Shown: positions 24,841 through 40,062, counted from the stretch's first letter. The stretch: DNA of 64,000 nt from the human T2T-CHM13v2.0 reference genome, Homo sapiens (GCF_009914755.1 NC_060933.1); one strand, 5' to 3'. Notes: a model not told the origin generated them from the sequence alone. Translations and numbers: made by a program.

Positions 24841-25279
24841 GCAATTTTGCTTTTGTTTTTATGATGATTACTTCCACTCATGACTTTACCTGCATGTTCT
24901 TTAATCTTCAAAATAGATTAGTGAAGTAGTGATGTTTCCATTTTAGAAATAAAATACGCTGGGGAAACGAATTGTAATACACATGACAAAGCTTAATATT
25001 AGTATCCTTCTATGAAGGATCCCTCAGTATCCTTATATAAAGATCCTTTATGGCTCTAATATGCTTCAGTTGATTTTGTTCCTTGTAGGCAAAAGTTTCA
25101 ATAAATATACTGTTTTCTCTCCATTATCAAGGATATATGGATTAATATTAATATATAAATATATAAATCCATTATATAGTAATATATATTAACATATACT
25201 TCCTTTATTAATATCCTGGATATATGAAATTAATATCTTGGATATATGAAAAGGTATTCCAGATCAATAAGATGAACAC

Positions 25280-25910
25280 AGTAGTAGAAAAATAGAGAAC
25301 ATGAACAAGAGTGTAAAAAGGTGCGAAGTGTTCAACCCCAAAGATATGCTAATCAAAATTTAAAAATTAAATCTATACAATACAATTTAAAAAATAACAT
25401 TACCCATTGTTAGAGGGGGTGTGGAGGAGTGGGTATTGTCATGTGCCACTGGGTCAAACATTGTGTAGGGCAAATTAACAATATCAGATCCTCACATTTT
25501 CTGTACATTTGACCTTGACCTTATCCCAGGCAAATACTTGATGGTATAGTGAAGGATATCTTTCTCAGCATTACATATATAATCAAAAATAAGAGGTGAC
25601 TTAAGTGCTTCAAGGGAATTTATTAAAATGGATTATTGATCAGTCATTAAAAATGAAAGCATACAAGACTATTAAATGGTACAGAATTTCTATCAGAATA
25701 AGTGGGAAAAACAAGTTACAAGTAATATCATATGATTTACTTTTAGTGAAACTTACATGCACTTACACATTTGTGTATTATGTTTATGTGTCATGCATAC
25801 ATATAAAAGTGGAAGGCGGTTCAACAAAGTGCTAATTATCCTCATGATTTTTATTTTTTCTTTGATTTTTATGAACTTACAGTAAAGAACAAAGTACTAC
25901 TTTGAAGGAA
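25280..25910 (+). mobile_element. Old L1M (L1ME-type) 3' fragment
   Basis: Degenerate ORF2 end/3' UTR: AACATTACCCATTGTTAGAGGGGGTGTGGAGGAGTGGGTATTGTC. Confidence 0.55.
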
Positions 25911-26399
25911 GAAAAATTATTTTTTAATAATTCAGCATAAATTACATAGGTTATCCAAAGATAGTAATATGGTATTTGATCTGAACCTAGACTTCTGTTC
26001 TGTTGATTTGACACATTTTGGTGTCTTTCCTTTTATGTTAAATAAGTAACTATCATTTACCTACAGCAGAAGAAGAATATAACTTAGCATTTGAGACTTG
26101 ATAACATAGAGCTGTTGAATAGTTCTGTAAGATTTGTTAGGGAACCAAAACCAGGCATGTGAGGATGGTGCTGGAAGAGAAAAGGCGGGAAGGGTTTGCA
26201 GTCAACTGTCAGTTATCTTCAGCTTTCAGGCTCGCTGCACATGGACAGGTGAGGACCAAGGGAAGAAGAGCAAGCTTGGGTATTTGGTTGAGCTGTTAAG
26301 TTCAGGGTTAGAAAATGACCAGCACAAACCTTTTGGCTTGAGAGCCAAAGTTCTTGGCAGGAAGTCTCTGCTTGTTTCCGTTTGCCTTCCTCCCAGTTT

Positions 26400-26750
26400 C
26401 TCCTCAATGCCTTGCAGTCAGCATCCTGTATCTGCCATTTTGAAAACTGCCCTTAGGGGTCATGAGTGACCCCCTTCCTTATTGTTAAACCCAGTGACAT
26501 TTTGTCCTTATCTGCAGCATTTGATGTGTTACTCAACTCTCTTTGGGCTTGTGTGCCTCTCCACCCTTGTGGTTATTCTCCTGCCTCTGTAACCACTCAG
26601 TGTCTTCTTCCATGTCCCTTGACCCTTCACTGTGTCTTCTACTGATTCCCCTTAGAACTTTCATTTACCCCTGGAGCTTCAACCATCATCTTCAGGTAAA
26701 ACTCTAGCAACAAGTCATCTTTGCCCGCTGTGCATCATCCTTGCTGCCAT
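26400..26750 (+). mobile_element. L2 ORF2 fragment
   Basis: TTGTTAAACCCAGTGACATTTTGTCCTTATCTGCAGCATTTGATG (SAAFD RT motif remnant). Confidence 0.6.
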
Positions 26751-27149
26751 TGAGAGTTTGGTCTTAAAATGGTACTTGCAATTAGAACACGTTCACTTTG
26801 TCACAAAATCTGACAGACATTGGACATACTTAGAATTCATATCTGGCTTCCTGAGACAGCTGTCAGATTGTCTACCAATGGTCTACCCATTGATGATGGA
26901 ACAAGCTCCTTGTATCAGCCTCAAATAAAAATGATGGAATTAATAAAAGACGCTTACCTTAAGGCACAAAGGCCTATGAATTTCAAAAAGCATTGACAGA
27001 ACCGATCCAAAAAATATGTAGTTTGTAAAAACTCTAATACAATCCACACTGAAGTAAAAAGCTTAACTTAGAATAATCCAAATAGTCTTTGTCAGCTGGA
27101 CAGCTAATCTTGGTGAACATGGAAGAGTAGACAATAATGTTAAGGCATT

Positions 27150-28070
27150 GTGTGAGGGTTAAATTGTTTGCGAGGTCGGCATTGCTGGGGCTTCGGATTC
27201 AAACTGGGCCTTGAAAGAGGGGGTAAGAAAAGTCTATGGGGAACTGATGGGCACAAAGGCAGGGTGTAAGTGTTTGTTCTTGGGAAAATGATCAGACTAA
27301 TCTGATTGAATAGAAGACGTTTATTGGAAATTAAAGGAAGATAAAGTAGTGATAGATAATGGAAGAACTGAAGGTCAACAGGGGAGTTTATATGTGATGG
27401 AAGAGAAAATCATTATCACTAGGGATGTAGATGTAAGAAAACGTTAGGTTTGGAAGTTATAAGACAAGAGAACTTCAAAGTTTGTGGGATTCTGTAAGGT
27501 GGGATGGGAATAAGCAATATTGTTGAGTACCTGCTGTGTGATCTGTAAGGCATAAGATGTCATTATTATTTTACAGCAAGCTTTGGAGTAGATGTACTAG
27601 TTCCCATTTTATGCATAGTGAGATGGAATTTTGAGCAGACATACTTGTCTAAGTTTGGCAGAGTGGCTGGACCAGGATTCATGCCCAGTGACATCTGACT
27701 TCAAAGCACAGTGAGGATGGAGAATGTTGAGACCAGTTCTTCATTTTACAGTCAAGGGGATGGGCCCAGGCCTATTCAAGGTTACAGGAATAGGATGAAA
27801 GCAATTTCTCTGTAAGAGAGAGTGGATAGGCTGTGATCTGCAGAGGGTCCAAGTTAGAGGCTCTTGTTATAAACAGATGAGGTATGCCAAGGAAGTTGGG
27901 TTCAGCAGTGTGATAGGAGTGAAAAAGAAGGGGTAGAGAGCAGCTGGACATTCGGGGAAAGTGGTGGTGACTGTTAGTGGAAGGTAATGACGAGAGAGAT
28001 GACTTGAAAACAGTTCCGAGGTTTTAGTCCCAGGGAACTGCCATTAACAGTTTTAGGAGAAAAGCCATGT
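27150..28070 (-). mobile_element. L2 fragments with an embedded MIR (~27515-27708)
   Basis: Purine-rich antisense L2 pattern. MIR core CCCATTTTATGCATAGTGAG...CCAGGATTCATGCCCAG. Confidence 0.5.
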
Positions 28071-29119
28071 GTGTGTTATGGAGTGGTCTGAGTAAGTATG
28101 ATAGACATTAAAAAATACATAAAAATAGAGTGGTATGCATGTGCTGAATTATGTTTGTACTACCAAACACACGGAGGAGGAGAACAGAACAGAAGGTGGA
28201 AAGCTATGAGGGATCCAGCGCTTTTCTTTGCAGTGGTGGAGAGTCACGAGAGCAAATAGCTAGCCTTTACCTAAAGCAAAAGGGACTCTTTGCATGATAT
28301 CTTAGGCTCCCTTTTATTCTGGCCTGCCCCTGCACCCCCAGCAGGAAAGTGGCTTAACTGTACTTTGATTTCCAAAATGCGTAGCAGTCTCTAGTATTGA
28401 TTCCCCTCTCCTGCAGATCTCAAGCCTAAAAATGAGTATTGTTCCATTACATTTCCCTCAAAAACATTTCTTTTTCCTTTCAGAATGATGGTCACTATAC
28501 TGGATGGACTTCTGAACTAGTGAATTACTTTCATCTTTTGATCACACTAGGAAATTGTCCACGGAGTTGAAATATTTATTGCAGTAATTTCTGGCCTTAC
28601 ATAATTAAGATAACATATCGTTTTTTTCTTTATAACTATCATGAAGTTGTCATGTTTGTTTCCTTTAACTTTGCTTTTTAGAGGTACGAATCTGTTCCCT
28701 AGTCTTTTATGCTCCAATGATCTGTTCAGACTGCTCTTGATCTACAAATGTATGATTGAGAAAAGACTTTTATAGGATGAAATATGAGCAAGCTGTTTTA
28801 CTCTGAAGAATAAAAGTGAATTGTATTACTCTGCAGATTAAGTCAATAAATACCCCATTTTCATAAACACAATATGCACAGACTAGATAATACTAGGGAA
28901 ACTTGATACATCAAAAGGAGTATTAAGACTGAAAAAAATGGAGATACTCAATTTATTGCAGGCTTTATTCAATAAACCTAGAAAATAGAGAGTTTAAATC
29001 AAAATCTGTTACTCTGTTTCTAGAGATAATCAATGTTAAAATTGTACTATATTATTTTCCAAGTTTTTAGAATATGTGCATGTGTTGTTGTGTTAGCTTT
29101 CTCTATTTTTGCAACTTGA

Positions 29120-29640
<521 letters not shown>

Positions 29641-29649
29641 TCAGTGGGC

Positions 29650-30060
29650 TTTTTTACATACTTCTTTTCCTTAATAAAATGCTTATTTCTTTTTTCTACA
29701 GCATCATTTTAAATGACAGCATAGTATTCAGTTATATGGAAATGTAATGGTTTCTCTATCCCATCTCCTTTTATTAGACATTTATATTGTTTCTTGTTAT
29801 TTACTTTTAGAAATAACATTGCAGTGAACATCTGTCATGCACATCTATGATTATTTCCTTAGGATAAATTGCCAGAAGTGGCATTGCTGAACAATGATAG
29901 AATGTAGCACTCAGGTGTTGATGTATTCTGTTAATTTACTCTGTTGATGTACTGTTTTCTCGAAAGGCCACACCAGTTTATAATCTCAGTAGCAGTATAT
30001 TGAAGTACCTGGTAACTTTCAGCTCTCAGCAACATTGGTAGTTAGCAATTTGAAAAAAAA
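29650..30060 (-). mobile_element. Old L1ME-type 3' fragment
   Basis: ATTTCCTTAGGATAAATTGCCAGAAGTGGCATTGCTG motif. Confidence 0.6.
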
Positions 30061-30199
30061 AAGTGTTTGTTTTTAAAAAACATTCTAGGTATTCCTTTTT
30101 AAGTCCATATTATCTCTTGCCTCTAATGCTGTAGTAGTCATGATCTCCTTACTGGTTTATTTCTATCTAGCACCCACTTTGCCACTAACAGAATCGGAT

Positions 30200-30360
30200 A
30201 GGGCACGGACTGTAGAGTTAGATGCCTGGGTTCAAATCATGACTGTGCTGTGCCTCAATTTCCCCGTAAGTAAAATGAAAATAGTAATAAAAGCCCTCTG
30301 GTAAAGTACTTTAGAACAGTGCCTGACTTTTGGTATGTGTTCAGTAATTGTTGGCCTACT
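30200..30360 (+). mobile_element. MIR
   Basis: GCCTGGGTTCAAATC...GTGCCTCAATTTCCCC...TTAGAACAGTGCCTGAC. Confidence 0.7.
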
Positions 30361-30589
30361 AGTATTGTCTTCCAGAAGTCCCTGCTTATATGATTAAAAA
30401 AACCCAAGGTTATACTTGTTTTTGAATTGTAATTATTACCAAATCAGTAAATCACAGTAGAAACTAAAGTGCTGACCTTGAAGCATTGTTAGTGTTAACA
30501 CTGTGACCAACCTGAAGATCACAAATTACCTTCCGTGACTCAGTTGATGCTGAGAGGTCAGGGATAGAGTAATAACAGGAATAACTAGA

Positions 30590-30820
30590 ATGTTAAAGTG
30601 CTTTATATTAAGCTGCCAGTGCACTTCCACACACATTATCTCATTCGATCCTCACAACACAGCTGTGAAGGAGATGGAGCGGGTATTATTAATCTCATCT
30701 TACAGAGGAGGAAATTGACTTGGAGGATTAAGTGGCTTGCTCACTGATGGTTGTGGAAATGGTCAGTGGCAGAGCTGAATGTGTACTCTGGGCCTTCTGA
30801 CTGTAAATACTTACTCTTGA
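30590..30820 (-). mobile_element. MIR
   Basis: ATTATCTCATTCGATCCTCACAACAC...CATCTTACAGAGGAGGAAATTGAC. Confidence 0.75.
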
Positions 30821-30839
30821 TGCTTCATAACATCATGAT

Positions 30840-31540
30840 AAGCTAAGGAGGTGCAGGTGTAGATGCCCAGGTCTGGAGATTTGCTGGAAAAGAAGGAGCA
30901 AAAGAGGATGCCACTGGGAGGAGGGAGCAGAGTTGGGGTAAGGAAACTTAGATATACTAAAAGAGAGGGAGGTACCCAGCGGGGAGAGAGGTGGGGAAGG
31001 AGTCATAAAGAAAGGGAAAAACAGGGGGCCAGGACTTCCGTGACTACAGGGCTGGCTGAATAGATCAGGGTGGAGGGCTTCATCTTTGAGACTGAAGGAA
31101 TGCGTCCCCTGAGCCAGGAAGGAGGGAGGAGATGGAGCAAGTAGACACAGGTGATTTGAAATAGAAAGGAACATTAAGAGGGCTGAAGGATTGTGGCCTG
31201 AATGAAGAAAGAAGGAAGTATTTATTTCTGGAGAGTAAAAGTGGTAGGTTTGGGGTTTTAGATTTGAGAAAGGGAAACCATTTAGAGTATCTGTGTGGGA
31301 AATGGGCCAAGGAATTAGAAATGCCTGCCAGAGACCTCTGCAGGATGCAGGAAGGACCCAGATAAAAACGTCTGGGCTCCAAGTCGACAGATTCTGTGAA
31401 CCCCTTAGGCATGCTGAGGATTTCCTTGCCAGATGATGTAACTATCTGAGGATGTTTCTTTGTGAGCTCAGTGCTAGACAGGCACAGGAGCAGTATTAGG
31501 ATGGAAACATTTCTTAATTGCTTGAGGAGTGAGGAAAAAA
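30840..31540 (-). mobile_element. L2 fragment
   Basis: Purine-rich antisense L2 ORF2-like sequence; it accounts for the spurious ORFs here. Confidence 0.5.
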
Positions 31541-32809
31541 ACGGCACTCTGCAATAACCCTCTTGTTTCCAAATACCAAAGCAGCTGTTGGGCTGTGCTC
31601 CTGTCTAGGTACCTTTTCCTCAGGAGTTAAGTGCCACATGATGATATTTATGGTTGCTTTTTAGGGGGTACATGGTTTTTTAATTAGTGAAGACCGAGTA
31701 GCAATAGTTTTGTTTTGTGTTCTAATAGCCTTTGTTATTATAGTCAGGGAGGTGAAGTGAGGAGATGATAGATGCTTTCCTAATCTGTGAAATGAGGAGT
31801 TGGACTAGGCAGGTGCTCCCCAAAGTCCCTTTCTAACATTACCATTTTCTCATCCAACTCCAGTCTACGCTGCCTCCTCTCCATTTCCTCCTTTACCAGA
31901 CAGTTTAGTGTGTCTCAAGTTATATTTTATGGTGCTTTAGATATATATATGTATATTTTTGCTTAGAGACTTCATGCATTATTATTAGAGACTTCATGCA
32001 GTATGTAGTGACTGTAGAAAAATGAAAGATGTATCGATAAATAAAAGACCTGTTAAAAATATGTAACTTTACCACCATTAAATAACCACTGTTTATATTC
32101 TTCCGGAGATTTTTTTTTTTAGGTGTGTATGCCTAAATAAGATTCTTAAATACAGAAATGCACCCTGCTTTTCTCAGTTGAAAATTATAAACCTCTCTGC
32201 TTATCAGTAGTCACTGCTGTGTAATTATTAAAGGTTGATGAAGACTCTGTTTCAGGAATGTATTTTAACAAATCTCACTTTGGACATATGCATTAATGTA
32301 CATTCTTCTAACTGTATTTGTGAGGCTGCTCTGAATTATTTTCTTATAAAATTAGGAAAGAGGTTTAATATATAATACACATTGCCTGGAAGACTGAACC
32401 GATTTACAGTTCCATCACCAGTATGCGAGAGGTCTCTTTTCCCACACCCTTAACATTGGATAGTGGAGTTTAAAACAAACAAACAAAAAAACCTTACCAG
32501 TTTTATAGACAGATGAACATCTTTTCATATGCCATTTATATTCCTTTGTGAGTTTTCTGTTCATATCCTTTGCCCATTTCTCCAGAGGGGTATTTGCTAT
32601 TTTTGTTACTGACTTGCAGCAACGAGATTTTAAAGATTTAAAATTTTTAAATGTCTTTTATTATAAAAGTATGTTAGTTGTTTTGATAATTTCTTTGAAT
32701 TTTTATACTGCTTTTAAATGTATATAAATATTTAATTTTAGGTTGTCAAATCTTTTTCTTTATGGTTTCCATATAGGCTAACTAGGAAGTAAGAATGCCT
32801 TGGTATTTG

Positions 32810-33551
32810 TTGCCCATTGTCAGTTCTTTACATAGCAGAGTAATCTCTTTCAAGTGTGATCACATCTTGGCATACCCCTGCCTGAGCTCGTCATGGCATT
32901 CTTGTTATCATGGCCTGCAGGGCCTGGCACGATCTTGCTTTTCCTGCTGTAAAGCCCCACCTCTTGTCACTCACCCTTGAACACTATGTTCCAGCCCCAC
33001 TGGTCTCTTCTCAGTCCAGGGAATATGCCAACCTCCTTCCTGTCCCTGAAATTCTGCAGGTGCAGTTTCTTTGCTTGGGAAATGTGTGCACACGCGCACA
33101 CACACACACTCTTTTGAGCACTTGTCAATATGCAATTATTTATTTATTTTTGAGATGCAGTCTCGCCTAGGCTGGAGTTCTGTGGTGCGATCTTGGCTCA
33201 CTCTGCAACCTCTGCCTCCTGGGTTCAAGTGATTCTCCTGCCTCAGCCTAGCAAGTAGCTGGGATTACAGGTGCCCACTACGACGCCCAGCTAATTTTTG
33301 TATTTTTAGTAGAGTCGGGGTTTCACCGTGTTAGCCAGGCTGATCTCAAACTCCTGACCTCAGGTGATCCACCCACCTCAGCCTCTGAAAATGCTGGGAT
33401 TACAGGAGTGAGCCACTGTGCCCAGCCACAATTATTATTTCTTATTAACTTACTCTTTTCCTGTTTCCCCCTGCAGCCTGTAACACCATAGGGGCAGGGA
33501 CCTTGTCTGTGTTGACCACAGCGAGGTCTCTAGTGCTTAACATGTAGTATT
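32810..33551 (+). mobile_element. L2 3' part, hosting an Alu and LTR22; resumes after 34046
   Basis: GGGGCAGGGACCTTGTCTGTGTTGACCACAG...CTAGTGCTTAACATGTAGTAT, then ATTTATAGAAGAAATGAATCAAT after the LTR. Confidence 0.7.
33136..33427 (-). mobile_element. AluSx
   Basis: CCTGACCTCAGGTGATCC. TSD CAATTATT. Confidence 0.92.
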
Positions 33552-34040
33552 TGTAGGAGATCGGTCAGGGTGGTGGAAGAAATTGTAGGAAAAGATGCAA
33601 ACCTTCTTGGAAGAGGTTTTGCAAAAGCTTCAAAAAAGGGTTTGGCTGAAGGCAGCCAAATTCTCTTACCTGGAGCCTGAGAGCAAAGGTTAGATAATAA
33701 GGGGATGTAAAGGAATTGATCTAGATAAGTTAGTTTACTTAGGCCTCAGAACCTGGCCTTTAATCATCTGTGCGCAGGACTGCTCTTTCCCAGGGAGCAG
33801 CGGGAAGCCGGGGGAGGGGGAACCATGTTAATTACCCACAAGTGTGTTGACTCAAAGACTTTGTCATTACATCCATACTGAATAAATGCCCGCAGCACTG
33901 GCTTGTCAGGGCCACAGCTGCTATGACTCTTTCTTTCTGTGAGCACCCCGATCCCCTAGTCCGCTCTTTCACTGGATACCTGTGTCTAAGTACGTTTTTT
34001 CATCCATCGCTCAGCCAGAATCTGCCGGTCAGACCTGGCA
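33552..34040 (+). mobile_element. LTR22-family (HERV-K22/HML-5) solo LTR
   Basis: Starts TGTAGGAGATCGGTCAGGGTGGTGG and ends CAGACCTGGCA. Perfect 6-bp TSD AGTATT (33546-33551, 34041-34046), typical of class II ERVs. AATAAA at 33881. Confidence 0.9.
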
Positions 34041-36600
34041 AGTATTTATAGAAGAAATGAATCAATATTACATCTCTAACCACAAGATTGCACAGGCATT
34101 TAACTATATTTACCTTATTGTAGTTTTATGGTTTCATCTCACATTTTAAAATATTTTATCTGTATGAAACTTAGTTTGAAATGTGACTTGAGATAGGAAT
34201 TAAAATTAATTTCTTTCCCAAATGAATAGCCACCTGCAATTTTTGTAGTTCTTGTTTATTAGAGAGTCCTTACTCAAAGTATAGTCCTTAAGCACTATTA
34301 TATTGTTTTTTCTTTCTTTTGTTTGCTTTTCTCTCCTTGGGTAGTCCTTTGTGCAAAACGTAAATGCAGAAACTGCTCATTGACTTGAGCCAAATTGCTC
34401 ATGAGCATGCTGGTTCAATACCAAGAAAGATGATCTTGGCGTCACCCACCATAGCCTACCTTCTAAGAAGAAAGAAGACATCATGTGACTGACTTAGGGA
34501 GTTGTACTATTTGTTCAATATCTAATGCTAGTAGACAATCTTGTTTTAGATAATTCTGGCCGCCAGTTTTTTTAAACTGTTGGAACCTGGAAATTTGAAC
34601 ATTCCAGTGACTACCTTTCCTAACTGCCTCTTATCTCTAGATGTGGAATAAAAATCCTTTGGCAGACCATGTGTTCCAGTTTTTGGTTTGGAAAATATGG
34701 ATTATTATTCTTTTCCTTATTTTAACTCTGAAAATTAAAATTAATGACAAAAGTCAGATGTGCCCATTCTCACATATTCAAACAATAAAACATACAGACA
34801 AAAAAAGGATTCTTGTATCCCACTTTTTGATCCTATTCCTAATATAACCACTGCTGAGTTTATTGTATATACTTTCAGACATTTTTTATGCTTAGTGGAT
34901 ATATTAGATCTTTATACATTCCCCCCCCCCATATACTTGCATTTTTTTTTTTGACTAATGTCATAAACTTTGTTATACACCTCAGTGGGATTTAAAAACA
35001 CCTGAAGCCTTTGTTTTTTGGCTGGTGGCAAAAAAACCAGAGTAACTTAGAGAAGTTACCCATTGATGTTTTCACAGGGCTTTAAACACGAAGACCTGAT
35101 TTGTTTGTGTAAATCGTTGGATGTAATCTTACAGAGGACCAGGGCTTGAGCACCTTCAGAAACATGGTATCATCTGATCATGATGATTTCCATCCCACGA
35201 CAGAGGAAGAAATGGAGACTCCAAAGGGACAGAAGTGAATTCTTCCAAATTTATGAAAATGAACACTTAGCTAAAATGTGTTCACTGGGTTATGACAAGT
35301 AACTGGACTTCTAGGGAATGGGATGGCAGGTGGGGTGCTATCAGTTTATAAAATTTTTTGTAACCTTGTCTCTTATTTCTGCTTCCCTCCCCCAGCCATG
35401 GGAACACAAGATAAATTTGGAGTAGGTGAGGGTGGAGAGCAAAGTGACTCCCTGGGCTGTGCCCTTCACACTGGTTTTAGAAAGCATGCAGCTGACTGCC
35501 CTGGGGTCTGATCTATGGTGCTGCGCTCGAGAGAACTGTAAGGTCTGCTGTAAGTGATGGGGGCTGTGGACTTATGCAGAAGTGCACTTGTTGGGGGTTT
35601 TCACAGTACCCACCTTATTATACTAGAGAGGCAGGTTTCATTGCTTAAGGGGACAATTTATGGCAATAGGCTTATCTCCTTGTTTTAGCTCTTTATGTTT
35701 TTCTGCCTTTAATAAAATGTGAAGTCACAAAGCAATTAAATAGTAGTGTAGTTTTCAGGCAGGAGGTGGAGAAAGGCTAACTAGGGGGAAAAGGCCAACA
35801 TGATTGACAGAGGCTGGCTGGAGATTTACATTGAGAATAACTCGTTCTTCAAAACTTTCTTCATTTTCTGGTGAGAATTAGGGACAAATCATATACCAGA
35901 AGGATGGATGATTAAAAATGTAGGAGTTATGATTTCTTTTTGACTTTGTAAGTCTCTAAATCCTCCACCTTAACATAGAGTTCTCATTTCAAAATGGGAA
36001 CCAGCCCTGCCAGAGACTAAAGTGAGCCAGAAATACTCTAAAGTCTTAAATAGTTAATAAGTGTGAGATTGTTTATATTTTGTAAAATGTCTTAAGATAC
36101 AATGAAATGGAGAATCCCTGAGTGTTTTTTTGATTTCCTAAACTCTGATCCACAATTATAGATGTGTCTGAAGGTTCAAAAATATTGAACGTGATTTCAG
36201 TTGTTTCTAGAATTTAAAAAAATTAATAATTTTTAATAATGACACTTTAAATGAGGAGAAGGCTTTTAAAACCAAATATAAAAATCTGGAGAGTTCAGAT
36301 TCCCTGTCTCTCCTCTTTCAACCTTTAATGTATAAAACAAATCCTTTTGATTCAGCCACTGTGTATTGATAATGGCTTATTTATTACAATCAGAGGAATT
36401 AAACAAAGATATGTAGATACTTTGTCATCTTTTCTTATTATAGAAACAGTTTGATTTTAAGAATTTTTATTCAGAACGCAGATTCGAAAAGAAAAAAAAG
36501 AATTTTTAGAAAAGTTGCCTTTTAATTTAAATTTCTTGTTTTGTCCTAATAATCACATTGAAATAGCCAAAACAAATAATATAAATTAAAATGCAACGAT

Positions 36601-36727
36601 GGCCCGGCATGGTGGCACATGACTGTAGTCCCAGCTACTCAGGAAGCTAAGGCCAGCAGATTGCTTGAGCCCAGGAGTTCAAGACCAGTTGGGGCAACAT
36701 GGTGAGACCCTGTCTCTACTTTTAAAA
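36601..36727 (+). mobile_element. FLAM (free left Alu monomer)
   Basis: Single ~125-bp monomer GGCCCGGCATGGTGGC...GAGACCCTGTCTCT. Confidence 0.85.
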
Positions 36728-36979
36728 TGTGGTGATTGGTACCTGTTGAGAGAAGGGTTAACTGAAAGTTATTCACATGGCCCAGAAAGTGGCTGAAAAG
36801 TGCTCTTTCTGGTGTGAATTTCTCTTGCTGTGAAAGCACTCTGAAGGGGAGACCTAATGCCATTGCAGGAGCACTTCAGCTCCAAACTTGAGCGTTGCAA
36901 TCAGAACAAGAACCCGAGGAAAAGCCTGCAAAATGAGCCTGCTGCGATATAGGGTGTGCTTTTGGACAGTTATACATAA

Positions 36980-37315
<336 letters not shown>

Positions 37316-37367
37316 TAGAAGAATTATTAATTTCCACAGTTTGACAAATGATAACAAATAGCTTTTA

Positions 37368-37726
37368 CAGTTTGAGCATCCCCTATCCCAAACGCTTGGG
37401 ACTAGAAGTATTTCGGACTTTGGACTTTTTTGAATTTGGGAATATTTGCATATACATAATGAAATTCCTTGGGGATGAGACACAAGTCTAAATAACAAGT
37501 TCGTTTATGTTTCATATACACCTTATATACAAAGACTGAAGGTAACTTTATACAATATTTTTAATAATTTTGTGCATGAAATAAAGTTTTGACCGCATTT
37601 TGGCTGTAACCTGTCACATGAGGTCAGGTGTGAAATTTCCACTTTTGGTGTCATGTCAGCATTCAAAAAGTGTTGGATTTTGGAGCATTTCTATTTCAGA
37701 TTTTTGGATTAAGGACGTTCAACTTG
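37368..37726. mobile_element. Tigger4b/MER46-type TcMar-Tigger element
   Basis: TA|CAGTTTGAGCATCCCCTATCCCAAACGCTTGGGAC...GGATTAAGGACGTTCAACTTG|TA. Confidence 0.85.
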
Positions 37727-39079
37727 TATGCCAAATTAGTAAATATTTTTTGAGTTCCTACCCACATCCCTGTGTATGGGCTCTAGAAGCAGCCATGGTT
37801 TAGTTTCCTCACCTGTAAGGGAGGGTGTAGAACTTCTTTTAATGTACATCACTGTAGGTTAAGTTCGGGTAGAGAAAAGACTAAAGGCAACCAAGGCTGG
37901 CTGTCCTCTGAGCCCCTATGCTAAGCTGAACTAGGCTTTTGTTTCTGGCAATGGATCATTTTGCTGTCACGGAGCCAGTGATTATTTACCACCCCTGGTT
38001 TTGAGTAGGTTTCCTTTTCCCCTGGCAATAGCTCTTAGAGTGTTTCACAGAGAGGCAACGGGATTCAGAAGATGCCCGTTTACACTGGTACCACTGTCTC
38101 GTTATGTCATGGTAAAGTAATGAAGTCCACCATCATTACTTTACCAGTTCCCCATTGGTGTTTTGGTCTTCCCTATACATTTTTTTTAACTTTTATTTAT
38201 TTTTAATGAGATGAAATTCACATAATATAACAATAGGCAGTTTAATAATTGACAATTCAGATGTATTTAGTACATTCATAATATTGTGTAGCTGCCACCT
38301 CTCTCTAGTTCCAAAACATTTTTGTCACTACAAAAGAAAACCCCGTACCCAGTAATCAGTAACACACTATTCTCTCCTCTCTCTCATCCCTGACAATCAT
38401 TAATCTGCTTTCAGTCTCTATGAATTTACAATTCTAGATACCACATGTAAAATAAATGTTCTCATACAATATGTGACCTTTTGTGTCTGGCTTCTTTCAC
38501 TTAGTATATTCATCCATGTTGTAATGTCTTAGCCATTTTATGGCTGAATAGTCCATGGTACGGATATATCATAATTTGTTTATCCATTCATCTGTTGATA
38601 GATTTTTGATTTTTTCCCCACCTTTTAATTCTTATGAATAAGGCTGCTATGAACATGGGTGTGTAAGTACTTGAGTCCCTGTTTTCAGTTCTTTTAGGTT
38701 CATACTTAGAGGTGTAATTGCTGGGTTATATGGCAAGTCTGTGTAACCTTTTTGCAAAACTGTTTTCCACAGGGCCAAACCATTTCTAGTCCCACCAACA
38801 ATGTACAAGGTTCCAATTTTTCCATATCCTTGCAAACATTTATTTTCCCTTTTTAAAAAAATTATAGTCGTCCTTGTGGGTATAAAGTAGTATTTTATTA
38901 TGGTTTTGATTTATATTTTCCTAATGATTAATGGTATTTATCTTTCCATGTACACATTGGCCATTTGTATATCTTCTTTGGAGACATGTCTGTTGAAGTC
39001 CTTTGCCCATTTAAAAATTGTTATTTGTTGTTGACTTGTAAGAGTGCTTTATATATTCTGGATACTAGACCCTTAATAG

Positions 39080-39433
<354 letters not shown>

Positions 39434-40062
39434 TCCCTATGTTTTCTTCTAAGAAGTTATGCTTTTATTTTTTATACTTAGGTTGTTAATTCATTTTGAG
39501 TTAATTTTTCATATGGTATGGGGTAGGGGCCCAACTTTATTCTTTTGTATGTAGATATCTAGTTTTCCCAGCACCACTTGCTGAAGAGACAGTATTTCCC
39601 CATTTGAATGGTCTTTGTACCCTTGTTAAAAATCTATTGGCCATATATGTGAGATTTTATTTCTGGACTCTTTTTTCTATTGGTCCATATATTTATCCCT
39701 ATACTAGTACTACACCGTTTTTGATTACTGTAGCTTTGTAGTAAGTTTTGAAATTGAGAAGTGAGAGTTCTTCAACTTTTTTCTTTTTTTTAGTGTTGTT
39801 TTGGCTATTTGGATCCCTTTCAGCTTCATACGAATTTAAGGATCTGTTTTTTCATTTCTGCAAAAAGGGCTGTTGGAGTTTTGATAAGGAGTACATTGAA
39901 TCTGCAGATTATTTGGAGTAATATTGTCATCTTAACAATATTAAGACTTCCAATCCATGAATATAGGATGTATTTCCATTTATTTAGGTCTTATTCTTCA
40001 GCAGTGTCTTGTAATTTCCAGTGTGTAAGTCTTTTGCCTCCTGTGTTAAATTTGTTCCTAGG

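Noticed and set aside
30833-31547. 113-aa and 155-aa ORFs
   Set aside because: They fall in purine-rich degraded L2 sequence and have no recognisable domain or splice context.
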